The translations under genes were made by a program, and so were the position numbers. The notes below the pieces were generated by a model. That model searched no databases. It was given only the letters and a program-made list of their open reading frames with translations, and was not told where the DNA came from. A stretch of DNA of 62,251 bases, the filler included, from Kipferlia bialata (lineage: Eukaryota), in NCBI GenBank assembly GCA_003568945.1. It is 6 parts of 6 records of this genome, joined end to end, with 100 filler letters (N's around TTAATTAATTAA, not from the genome) between each part and the next. Parts side by side here need not be neighbours in the genome. Positions count along the whole stretch, not along the records: positions 46,146 to 58,182 come from BDIP01001141.1; positions 58,283 to 62,251 come from BDIP01001170.1; 4 more parts are not named here. One strand, given 5' to 3'. Shown piece after piece: positions 50,357 to 62,251 of the stretch (position 1 is its first letter; each line of letters starts with the position of its first letter).

Positions 50357-53300
50357 GTCTCCCCCTCTCTCACACTCACTCTCTCTCTGTGTATATATAT
50401 GTCTCCCCCTCTCTCTCACTCACTCTCTCTCTGTGTATATATATGTCTCCCCCTCTCTCTCCCTCCCTGACTGTCAGAGGAGCACGGGGCAGCCCACTTG
50501 CTGGAGCACCTCTGCTTCAAGGTATTTATGATATGTATATTCATATACCATTTACTTACATTTGGATGTTCCATATATATCATAACCCCAGGGCACCGAG
50601 TCCCTCCCCTCCACCCACTCTGTCTCAATTGAGTAATTTGTGTGTACTGGAGACATGTATATACTGTGTATATTCCATATAGATGTGAACTAATCCTAGG
50701 GCACCGAGTCCCTCCCCTCCACCCACTCTCTCTTTGCCCATGTCGAACAGAGAGGGCTGGCCCTAGACGCATACACAGCTAGAGAGGTATAGAATACTCA
50801 ATGAATAGTATAACAATTATGTGGAGGAGAGTATACATAGTATGTAATAATAGTATGTATCTTCCTACCTCCTTCCCCACCCCTAGGGTAGGGCACCCGA
50901 GGTAGATACATAGTACTCATTCTATTGTATAGATATATTGTATACATTATACTATATGTATATATTATCCTATCATCATACTATGTATTTGTATACATTA
51001 TACTTTGCGCCTATTTCCAGGCATCATTTGCCTTGCTTGGGCGCTTTATGTATATACACTGAACACTTCATACTCTTCCTCTATATATATGGAGTATACC
51101 CCCTTATCCCCCAGGCTTGATATATATACCCACATATATGTATATATATATATACATATATCCTCTACCCCCAGGCCACCATGTTCCTTGCTAGGGCACC
51201 CGAGGCAGAGCAGGTCTCAGAGTGCACACAGCTACTAGGTATATACATACTTATATATATATATGTGTGTGTGTGTGTGTATGTGTGTGTGTGTGTGTAT
51301 ATTTATATNNNNNNNNNNNNNNNNNNNNNNNNNNNNNNNNNNNNNNNNNNNNNNNNNNNNNNNNNNNNNNNNNNNNNNNNNNNNNNNNNGTGAGACTGGT
51401 ACCAGAGGCAGAGCAGGTCTCAGAGTGCACACAGCTGCTAGGTAATGAGGCATATATGCTTATGTATATACACTCATATACTATGTATGTGAGACTAGTA
51501 CCAGAGGCAGAGCGGGTCTCAGAGTGCACACAGCTGCTAGGTAATGAATCCTTATGCATATTTGTTACTTTATATATATTGTGGTACACTGTGTATAAGT
51601 GTGAATACTGCTAGTACCCGAGGCAGAGCAGGTCTCAGAGTGCACACAGCTATTAGGTATATATGTGTGTTTACAATATGTACTTTTGTGGATTTATCTA
51701 ACCCCAGCCGACATGCTTGTGTCTGACCTTGCCCCCTCTGTCATAGACCAGGAGAGGGCAACGGTATTGGCAGAAGGTATATGTATATAGATATAAATGG
51801 TATATGTGTTTGTATATATATGGAAGCCTGCATGAATGACAACGTATATGTATGGAGAGATTATGTGAGTGAGAGAGAGGAGGGGGTACCGTAATTCGCA
51901 GAAGTTACTAATTGATAAAGTATTCCTGATTTCATTGCATATGGGTGTTCATGCTTCTTACTGTAGGCAATGAGGTTGCTGCCGATCCCTTTGAGACCCT
52001 AATGGATCTGTTGCACGTGGCAATGTACAGGTGTAGATATATGTATAGATATATGTATAGATATATGTATAGATATATGTATAGATATCCGTGTAGATAT
52101 CCATGTAGATATCCATGTAGATTTATATATCTCTCTCTTTAGCACACACACTTACCTCAGAGACACCAGCTCCCTCCATGCCTCTGGTGATGCCTCTGGG
52201 GTGCTCACATTCAACAGACCAGTTCTCGGGACAAGGTATAGTATATTCTAGTGTTTTCATATGTATGGATATACTGGTGTTGATCTATTGAACTGTATAT
52301 ATATACATTTTATGTGTTTGTGCCTCTGGGGTGCTCACATTCAACAGACCGGTGCTGGGGACAAGGTGTGTATGTGTATACTAAACAAGCCAAATTTATA
52401 CACTATATACTATGTACTCACATTCAACAGATCGATGCTGGGGACAAGGTATACCCACAAACACACATATGCATATATGTATTTTTATATGTTGAACACT
52501 GTTGTGTGAATATATACACACATTTAACAGACCAGGTCTCGGGACAAGGTATACCCGCACACACATATATATGTAAATATGGATATTTATATGTTTAAGG
52601 CGTTGTATGTATATACATACACATTCAACAGACCGGTGCTGGGGACAAGGTATGAGTGTGTCTACTAGTTACTAGGTATCCTCATTCATTTTTGTAGTTT
52701 ATCATGGTAATTCCCCTGACCCATGGACACCATCCAGACAATCTATTCTAATCTATAAACACACATATCTATACATGGGAAAGTAATCAATATTCTCTGA
52801 GTATTATTGATTACATATTCATATATATATATACAAACCCCTCACCCCCAGGACCACCATCCGGACAACTATGTATACATTCTAACATCTATCAATGCAC
52901 TTGTCTCTGTATCATATTGATACCGCAGGACCACCATCCAGGACGGACACATATATACTCATGTATACATATGTACATTTATATACATATATTTACATAT
53001 AACCAATTCTTATATACCCCCCCCCCCACCCCAGGACCACCATCCAGGACGGACTCAAGAAGGACCTGCTGCTCAAGTTCAGGTGGGGTTGTTGAAGTAG
53101 ACTATATCTATATATTCGTGTATGGAGAGAAATTAAGTACTTCTCAAGAAGGACCTGCTGCTCAAGTTCAGGTTGGTTTCATGCGTATGTCTAACATATA
53201 GGAAGTACATATCAGGTGGCTAGAATTCATAGTAGCAATGTATCTGTGAGTGTATGTAGAATGGACACTTCAAGTTCATGTGGGGTTACCAACGTATAAT

Positions 53301-56277
53301 CGCAGTTGTATGTAGCAACTATGCACTGTGTGGGTCTATGAACACACATACTATCTTTCGATTCATTCGTTCAGGTCATATGTATTTCTGTACACTATCT
53401 AACCCCCAGGTCCAAGGCCCACACCAACAGCCATGCCACCCTACTCGTGATGGGACCAGAGGTATCTCTCCCTCTCTCTGTATATCACTATACGTTTCAA
53501 TGTCATATCTCATTTCAAGGGTGTGACTGATCACACCCATGCTACTCTCCCTCTCTCTCCCAACTCTCTCTCTCTCTATTTACACTAATATCAAGGGAGA
53601 GATTGACCACCACACCCCCAGCATCCACCTGGCCAGTCCAATGATACAGGGTATGATATGATATACTCTATATGTGTATATACACTGATACCGATGGCAC
53701 TGAATATAGGATATTGATACAGACACATAGTGTACTAGATAGAGAGAGAGAGAGAGAGTACTAACATGGCAGAGGGCACAGACAAGACAGAGGGAGGGAG
53801 ACTGCCCAGCAGGAGTGACGAGGAGAGATGCCTGGTCAGGGAGTACCACCCAAGGTACCCATGCACACTACTACTTGTATGTAATTTATATATATATACT
53901 CAGGGTATCCATATCAATAACACGCATTCTCTCCGCCACTTTTCACTCAGCCCTCCCCCTCCCATATCCACTGCATACTATAATGACTGGTATTGTGACT
54001 ATGTTTCATGGTAACCTTACTCTTCAGAGCCATCCACTAGAGTCTCACTATATATGTATATACATTAGTATATTTCTTCTATATTCACTTTATACATACA
54101 CTTACAACAGAGCCATGCATTCAGTGGTCCCTCATCATCCACTTAGCCTTATCCATATGTCACCATATACAGATATGTATATATATCGCTATACTTACAA
54201 TAGAGCCATGCACTCCATGGTCCCAACTGTCCACTTTGCCCTATCCCTCCCCATGCCATCCCCCCAGAGCCATGCATTCCCAGCATCGTTTGGACTGTCT
54301 GCCGCATTGACAGCGGCACTTCCCTTGCCCTTTAGGTACTACTCTCTCTACACGTACANNNNNNNNNNNNNNNNNNNNNNNNNNNNNNNNNNNNNNNNNN
54401 NNNNNNNNNNNNNNNNNNNNNNNNNNNNNNNNNNNNNNNNNNNNNNNNNNNNNNNNNNTGTCATCCACTCCTGTGCAGTGCTCTCTCTCCCTCCCTCTCT
54501 CCTGTATATATATGTAAATGGATATTTGTGTATGGATATACTAACACCCAGGTGTGTGATGTCATCCACTCCTGTGCAGTTCTCTCTCTCCCTCCCTCTC
54601 TCCTGTATATATATATGTGTATGTATATATATTGATATGTATATATACTAACATCCAGGTGTGATGTCTCCTCTCTAACTATATGTATATATATATATAT
54701 GTACTTATCTCCAGGTGTGTGATGTCATCCACTCCTGTATGCTGGCAGCAGAGGAGAGGGCACAGGACGATATATACGCAGGTAGAGTATGGTATATATA
54801 CACACACATATATATACACCTCACCGCTATATACAAACACTCTCTGAGTGCTATATAGAAATGTACTACAATACTTTCATTCACCGCTAGGAGGCGTGGC
54901 AGCTACCATTGCCGCCAACACCACCACTGGTCTATCCATAGCACAGCAGATGGCACCATGTCTGCACACCAAGTATGAGGTATAGTGAGAGTATAGTGAG
55001 TGTATACACGTGACATGTGTATATATAGTGTCTGGAGGGTATATGAACCAATATTTATAATAATAATGTATGTACCACGCTAACACGTCTACATACTCTA
55101 ACTCAAGGACACAGACACTCTTATCCGCGAGATATTCCAGCCAGTCTCTGTCAGTATGATGACATCCCCGTCCTGTCCCATATCTCGCGGATCAGGGGAG
55201 GAGACCAAGAATGACGTCTATCTCTCGGGTATGTAGTGTACTCGTCGTATTGCGGGTGTTTCTTCTATACTAGAGTATTAAGCACCTGAAACAAATAGCA
55301 CGTATAATTATATATGTAAGAAGTGATTGTTACCCCAAGTGCCTGCCCCCAAGAGCACCCTAGTGATTACATAAATATTTTGACTTTTTGTATTTATGAC
55401 CTCTATATACATATATTTTTGTATTATTTAATAATACTATATCTCACCCCAGGCGCCTGCTCCCACGCCCCCACCAAGAGCACCCTGGACTGGGGCCTGG
55501 AGAGAGACATTGCATTTGCAGCACTGGTGGAGGGGGTGGCAGTCCCACACGCCAAGGTATGAGTATATGTATTAACTGATACACTTCCCATGTCGGATAG
55601 ATGTAAAAAAGAAAATTGTATTATTATATTTTTTAAAAATATCTTAATATTCTTTACTGCTCTAGTATTACTATATACTTCAGCACTGGTGGAGGGGGTG
55701 GCAGTCCCACATGCAAAGGTGTGTACTAGTCTATACTAGTGTATATATACTAGTCTATACTCTAGTTAGATGATGCATAGTGTAAGTCTTCTTGATACAC
55801 ATGCTGCAGCACTGGTGGAGGGGGTGGCAGTCCCACACGCCAAGGTATATAATGTTTATACATGCACTATACTCGTGACTCATCCGAAGACATTCCTGCC
55901 CATATTCTCAAGTTTAGGGGGATATACATCTCTCTCTCTTATCTAACCTATATCTCTCTTGTCTTGTTATAGTATGTCTCAAGTGTTCTCACCCCAGGAC
56001 CTCCCTGCCCATGACGCATCCTCCCCAGACACAGTCATGGTACGGACCTATACTAGACCTAGTATTCTATTTGTATTTAACAATATACTAATGAAATATG
56101 TGCTGTGCATATCTTCTCTCCCTCTCTTCCAATACACTTACTTGTATACTACTAACCCTCTAGGCCCTTGACGTTGGCTTTGGCCGTGTGCAACGCGAGA
56201 TACCCCTAGACACTGAGGGACTGGACCTACCAACCTTGGAGGAGATGAGGGATGTGATATTCTACGGCCCTTACTAA
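49831..56277 (+). CDS. M16B zinc peptidase, beta-subunit-like mitochondrial/MRO processing peptidase
   Basis: Spliced GSMLESPEEHGAAHLLEHLCFKGT (HxxEH) …LDAYTARE…LLADML…IDQERATVLAE…RPVLGT; ends LPTLEEMRDVIFYGPY with TAA at 56275-56277. Start codon uncertain; two internal N gaps. Confidence 0.8.
52031..52122 (+). repeat. 12-bp intronic minisatellite (GTAGATATCCAT / ATAGATATATGT)
   Basis: About 7 tandem units directly after a donor site. Confidence 0.8.
52192..52652 (+). repeat. Exon-echo array, donor type, 5 copies
   Basis: CACATTCAACAGACC…GGGACAAG|gt repeated five times with unrelated AT-rich spacers. Confidence 0.9.
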
Positions 56278-56523
56278 AGGGTCTTTTGTGTATATAATCC
56301 TGCATGAATAGATACCACTAGACACAGAGGGTCTGGATCTATCCACCTTATAGGAGAAGAATTATTGCCGTTTTGGGTTGTCATATATATTGAACTTGTT
56401 CGAAGACATCAGTGTTTGATCCAATGGTGGAATTACTATGCAGTAGCTCTCAACAAGAAACCAAGTGGTTGATGGTAGAGGGCATTCATATTCAATATAC
56501 ATTCTATTGTCCTGTCTCTGCCC

Positions 56524-57316
56524 TCACTCCACCACGGCATATGCAAAGCTCTCCTGGGCAGCGAGATCAAAGGCGTCAAAGACCTCTAGCAGCAGATAGT
56601 TGCCTGCCAGAAGGTCTTGGGGAGACATGTGGAACCTACTACAGTACGTCACTGGTCCTCTAGCCTCACTACTCCAAGGGGTGTCGTCGAGATCCTTCTC
56701 CTCCCAGGCCAGGTGGTCACGCAGAGACTCCATCATCACTAGGGTGAGACACTAGACACTGTGGATATGGTAATGTATTGATAACGATCCAATAATGTTC
56801 GTATATAATGTATACTCTGTATACAAGAGTCGAACAGAGACTCCATCATCACTCGGGTGAGAAGGCATGAGAGAGTAGTAGTGCATACTTTCGCACTGAG
56901 TATATGTATTCACAACAGTCAAATATCACCCACGTCATCTACCACTCACCTGATGCCTCCCGAATCAGATCGATGGACATCTCTTTCTCTCCAAAAAGGA
57001 GCTCCTTTATGGGGCCTAGACCAGCCTCTGCTAGAATCTCAGCAGTTGATGGGTCAACAACTGCCTCCTTACATATCTGGCGATCCGAAAGTGGCAGCAC
57101 CGCCTCTATAGCAGCTAGTGCCTCAGTGTTCCAGGGCTCTAGCAGCTGAATGCGTCTGTAGCCTGCCACGTAGACTGGGATGAAGTAACGCGGCCAGGGA
57201 CCGCCGCTTCCGATGCGGAAGCTGACTAACTCAGACGACATGCATCCATACTCGTCCTCCCTTTCATCAGCTGTTCCGTCTGGGTTAGTCAGCCACACTG
57301 TCAGGTATGTACCCAT
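56524..57316 (-). CDS. Hypothetical protein, 2 exons
   Basis: Exons 57316-56950 and 56738-56524 join in frame (…IREAS|VMMESLRD…AVVE*). Confidence 0.65.
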
Positions 57317-57783
57317 CTCAGACTGCGCTTACAGTGATATGTCCCCTTATTACAAGGCGTCTTGAACAGATAGACAGATGATACTCCACTGTTAGAATAG
57401 TGTGATGAACTTGTGTCAGAGTCTGAGTCTAAGTGATATCATCAGTATTCTACGACAGAGTGTCAATAGCAGCGAGTATCATATGATCCTACAGCCGGTC
57501 TCCCACACTGTCTCACTAACTGTAGAGTCTACATTTACTCAATATCATTTCTTGTTTAGTCTTCAGTGTAGACTGCACTCTGTAGAAGCTACTGCTTGGC
57601 AACACGGTGTTATAACGTAGGTATTCACATTGAGTACACGTGTCCTTCATATATATCATAGTGAGTGATTTCGCATGTCTATTCTCAACATTGATTGATT
57701 GTTGAAACAAGAGTCAACAATTGATTCTACAGAATACTGTATTCCATAAGAGACTCCATGGATACCTATCCCCTACTCCTCCA

Positions 57784-58140
57784 TCATGGAGGCTCCATGG
57801 TGCATGTGTACACCCCTACCATGTGCTGGTTTAGCACCAGATACTCTGTGTCAGTCAGTCGCACACATGACTCTGGGAGGTGACTCACATCCCGACCCCC
57901 ATGGTTAGTCCACTGTCCAGAGACCATGTCACAGCTCAGTGTCACTACACGGAAGCGACCTCTACCGGGTCCGTACCACGGTAGCCTGATTCTGCCACGC
58001 TTTGTCCGAGACATTTGTGGTGGAAAGCCTTCCTTTCCGGTGGCTGGGTGTCTCTCAGTTGTGGGGTAGGTATCCACCAGGTTCCAGACCAGGTGTGTAC
58101 CCACTCTGACCACTGACCTTAGGTGCAGCCGGTCAGGTAC
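57784..58140 (-). CDS. 3' fragment of a hypothetical protein at the scaffold end
   Basis: Open frame running from near the scaffold edge to the stop at 57784 (…TLSCDMVSGQWT…). Confidence 0.4.
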   Translation of the reverse strand, partial: VPDRLHLRSVVRVGTHLVWNLVDTYPTTERHPATGKEGFPPQMSRTKRGRIRLPWYGPGRGRFRVVTLSCDMVSGQWTNHGGRDVSHLPESCVRLTDTEYLVLNQHMVGVYTCTMEPP

Positions 58141-58182
58141 TGGAGGAGAGGGTGAGAGAGCTAGCCTTGTTGCAACAGTCCC

Positions 58183-58282
58183 NNNNNNNNNNNNNNNNNN
58201 NNNNNNNNNNNNNNNNNNNNNNNNNNTTAATTAATTAANNNNNNNNNNNNNNNNNNNNNNNNNNNNNNNNNNNNNNNNNNNN
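58183..58282. other. Artificial scaffold spacer
   Basis: N44-TTAATTAATTAA-N44. Confidence 0.97.
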
Positions 58283-61200
58283 TCCACCCTCTTCTGACCC
58301 ATAGTGGGGAGGTAGACCACACACGCAGAGTGGGGGGAGAGGGTGAGGTCACCATAGTGCCTGTATGCACCATGGAGTGTCTCCCCAAAGCGTAGCCCCA
58401 GCTGCCGCCTCACCATATCCTCCACCGTCTCATTGTTCATGAGTAGATGGTCGAGGGCGTCCTCTGCAAACTGGGGGTCCCCGTACATGGTACCTCTCTG
58501 CCACTCCTCGACCTGGGTGAGGTGGGGGTATCATAGCGTATGGAGAGGGGAGTATCAATGGAATGCAGGAGGTATCATACTCAGGTTATGGCATAATATC
58601 CAATGTATATCCAATGGATGTAGAACCCTGACCGCAACGAGATAACCAACAGGAACAAACTCTGCAATCACTACATTTACACACCTCGTTGCGTGGCGGT
58701 TCTCTCTCTAGGACAGCGTCACATGCTGCCTGCCCGTGCTCCAGCTGACAGTGCCGGCAGAAACCCCCATGAGCCATGCGGTCCTCGCTCTTCTGGGATA
58801 TTAGCATGGATGGAGTGGAACCGTGTTACTCCAAGACAACACCAGCTATACTGAGAGTACTGATGTGGTTTGTGAGTAGGTGTGAACAGATTCCCGATAA
58901 TTATAGTCAGGGTATGAAGAGTTATAGTGGAATATGCGAAGTAATCACTACCAAGTACTCACTATTAGGTATGGAAACAACAAGGTGGAAAATTGATCAC
59001 CTTTACGAACTCGTAGCACCTCCGGATCTCGAAATTCTGTGGGTGTTCTGCCAAGGCACTGCCAATGCAGTCGCCGATGTTATGGTCGGCCAGTACTCTC
59101 ATGTCATCTGGGGGGTTATATACAACATATATACAACATATATACAACTTATATACATGCGGATGAGTTCCTATTGTACATCATGATCGTACAGTATTAT
59201 ATATCCCATCATCACCATATATAGTTCGTGGATAATAGTAGAATCACAAAACATCTACATACTGGCGGTAACCTGCCAGTTGCCGGCTGCTACACGTAAT
59301 AACATGGAAAAGGGACCACTGATATGTGCAATACAGACTACCTTCCACGTATACATATAGTGGTATACTTGTATGTGAATGGTCTGCACTCACCACATAT
59401 GGCAAACATGTTCTGGAACAGAAGCACAATGATCTTTGCCGGCCCCTCATGTGCCCTGTGCATGTTGAGCGATGCCAGGAGGGTACGGACATTGTCCTCT
59501 TCGAGCACACACTCAAGAGCAACGGGGTCTGGGTGGAGGAAGAACCGGTAACCGATACGGATAGTGAAACTGTTACTGACACCAAGGACTCCAGATGTCT
59601 AGATGTAGCAAGAGTGCAATCGACGAATAGAACATATGCCAGACGTGTGGTCGGTCCAGGTTCTGAATGTACATACTCACCACGTCATACCTGCCTTGGC
59701 GCACCTCATCAGTATCGAGGCGCAGGAGTGACAGAGACTCCAGGCCTCTGGCTGACGTTAAAATGTACATGCCCTGGGAGACAACTCGTAAGCAACACCT
59801 TACACAAGGGTACACATCTTGTCGCAGGCGCATACATTTCCCAGTGTGTTACTGCACACTGTACTCATATATATATAATATATACATTCATAGTATGAAT
59901 AATACCTGCATGAAGTCGGACATGGCTTGAAGGGCCCACTTGTGGACACCAATCTCAACAACAGCCCCAATGCAGGAATCTACGGGTAAGGGTATATACA
60001 GAGGAACCTGAGGAGGAGGTAAGAGAAATAGAGATCTCGCAGATACCAATGTGCCTTCCCGCATACTGTATGTCTGTACAGTGCCCATACTCAAAGACTA
60101 GATTCAGACGAGTCATCAAATACCTCCTAGTACCCGGCCCATACCAACAGCCATGAACACAGTCATGGCGTGCTTGGCTAGACCCATCTCATCAGGATGG
60201 GTAAGCATCACAGACCGAATCGCCTGGAGTGCACCCGCCTGTATGTTGGTGATAGTGACAATATCCAAGTATATACATGAGCACCTATATGTATGCAGGA
60301 GGCACTGGATACAATATAGGCTACAATAGAAGCTACAACGTCACACCTCAAGAAGAGCAACTTGGGTTTCGCGGGAATCACGAGCTGGAGTAAGCGTTGA
60401 GAGCAGGCAAGCTATAAGTGTTAAGCTGACAAACAGAGACACAGCATAACCTATCAACCGTATACCAGGCGTGTAAAGTACGAGATTACCAATATTTGAA
60501 CACTAGTGTGTACAATATCACAATACACAGAGACCCCAGGCCACCCACCCCCGGACACCCCCAAGATCACGGACACAAACCCCTCGCACAGGTCAACGGG
60601 TAGGCCTGGGGTGGCCATGGCGGCCATTGCAAAGTGGTGGACACCGAGGGAGATGGCAAGGGGCCCGTTGGCTGGGGTGATATACCGCATCGATATATTT
60701 ACTATATCGACGTCTGTGTGTGTATATATATGATCAGAGGGAAATATTCACCACGGTAGTTGAGAGACAGAGGGAGGGAGAGAATATACGACAACGACCA
60801 GTACAATTACAGTACTCAAGAATGGAGCACAACAGTCGGAGGATTGTCTTCTCACTTCCAAGCGCAGGAACCACGGGCCCACTTTGGGTAACTGTTAGGT
60901 CCTACCTCCTGCTGCTATGGACACTGCACCCATTGTTTGCATGAGTGCATCATACTCTGTGTCATCTAGCTCAGGCCGACTCTGGACCACCTTGTGTAGC
61001 CTCTTTAGAGCTCCTAGGAGGCTAGGCAGCATGCCAGACTTGAAAGAGACACTGTCTGGCCATGAGGCGAGGGTGTAGCGAGAATGGGGGCGGGGGTAGA
61101 AGACAGAGCCTTACAATGTCTGATATATTGGGTTACGCTCACATGTACCAAACTATCACCCTATTGAAGGGCGCACGATAGAAATAGGCATATCTAGCTC

Positions 61201-62181
61201 TAATGTACCTCTACGATCGAACTCCATGATACTGCGTATAATGGACAACACCCAAAGCAGGGTGTCAGAGCTGCACGTGTTAACAGTGTCTGCCAGGTAT
61301 GCTAGGAATGACTTGGTGTGAAGACGGGGGGAGGCGGGGGCTGGGTTTAGAATAGGTGATGTTCTTACCTATAGAGAGTACAAAGGTTACATGCATCTGA
61401 GTAGCTGTACATATGCATTCATACCTAGATGGCACAGCATGTCCAGCAGATGGAAGCCGACGCCGTGAGTGGCAAACTCTGACGGGTACTGGGGCACCCC
61501 TAGTGTCACCAGGGCCCCTACCACCCACCTCACTGCACCTAAGGACACCAGTTCAGCCCGGTAACGCTCCTCTGTAATTAGACGGGAAGAAATACTATCA
61601 TCATTGCGATGAAGTACCAAATCTACAACACAATATGGTGATCACTTGTGCACCTGTCTTGGCCACCTTGCTGTTGTGTATCTCGCATGCTTCTAGCTCT
61701 GGGGTGCCTGAAGTCAGTGGGAGAACAGAGAAAAAACAGAGAACATAATGAATGTATGCATTCCTACCTATATACATATAGTCCTTAGTCCCGGGAATCA
61801 GGATGCCACTAATACTAAACTGTTCTATACCTTATACTCTAGACTATAGTCTAATCACACACATAGAGATACCCAGTGATAAGTAAGTATCAAGGGATAA
61901 GACAATATCACCAACAGTAGAACACGAGGGCGGACACAGGATATGAAAATTCCAGTGCCAACAACTACTAATGGAAGGGAAGGGAATATACACACATTCA
62001 TAGACAATATCCAAGATTGGGGGTGATACTTGCCTTCCGCTATCGCACGCAAAACCACGAGAGCAAATACGGTGGTATAGTGATTATGTCCGTAGTGCTT
62101 CAGCACCTCCAGCGCTACAGTGTGTGCCCCCAGGCGGTATAGACCATGACACCCTGTTGAGTTGGCAAATGGCATAAACAC
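58283..62181 (-). CDS. ARM-like helical-repeat protein, multi-exon, partial at both ends
   Basis: Exons encode ARM-like helices (LGAHTVALEVLKHY, AGALQAIRSVMLTHP, IGVHKWALQAMSDF, NIGDCIGSALAEHP), then splice in phase 0 to KSEDRMAHGGFCRHCQ… Not all junctions resolved. Confidence 0.55.
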
Positions 62182-62251
62182 AAGCTATAACTACACCAGT
62201 CTGCGAGGGGGGGGGGGGGGGGGGGGGGGCGGCTAGAAAGTGTGGGACATA

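Noticed and set aside
52192..52652. CRISPR-like array (about 30-nt repeats with unique spacers); also 48167-48620, 51196-51658 and 55518-55845
   Set aside because: Repeats are exon edges with splice sites, spacers are long, variable and TA-rich, there are no cas genes and the context is eukaryotic.
9608..58282. TTAATTAATTAA motif with ~12.14-kb periodicity
   Set aside because: Artificial linker between length-sorted scaffolds; not biological.
57784..58777. One gene spanning the spacer at 58183 (likewise across 21756 and 33904), or any window-wide gene cluster
   Set aside because: The two sides belong to unrelated scaffolds.

Overview
Eukaryotic, intron-dense genomic DNA. Short GT-AG introns, a branch point fused to the acceptor (CT[A/C/G]AC-C2-5-YAG), (GA)n/(TA)n microsatellites and gene content suggest a free-living fornicate such as Kipferlia bialata (inference, not database-checked). 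The window is not contiguous. Five identical 100-nt N44-TTAATTAATTAA-N44 spacers join six separate scaffolds; the four complete ones are 12048, 12048, 12042 and 12037 nt, i.e. sorted by length, so adjacency across spacers means nothing. Genes spliced by hand: two large Cys-rich acidic proteins with carboxypeptidase-regulatory-like repeats, an intron-containing AnmK (anhydro-MurNAc kinase), a DUF4485/CEP112-like protein, Vps52, a Rab32-like GTPase, a syntaxin fragment, ERG8-type phosphomevalonate kinase, Mpp10, a beta-MPP-like M16 peptidase, Kelch-like and ARM-like proteins and several hypotheticals. The most striking unexplained signal is about 25 clusters of 'exon echoes': 20-50 nt copies of an exon edge plus its splice site, repeated 1-4 times in the adjacent intron between AT-rich spacers. 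In the clusters aligned by hand, their differences from the real exon are mostly synonymous.
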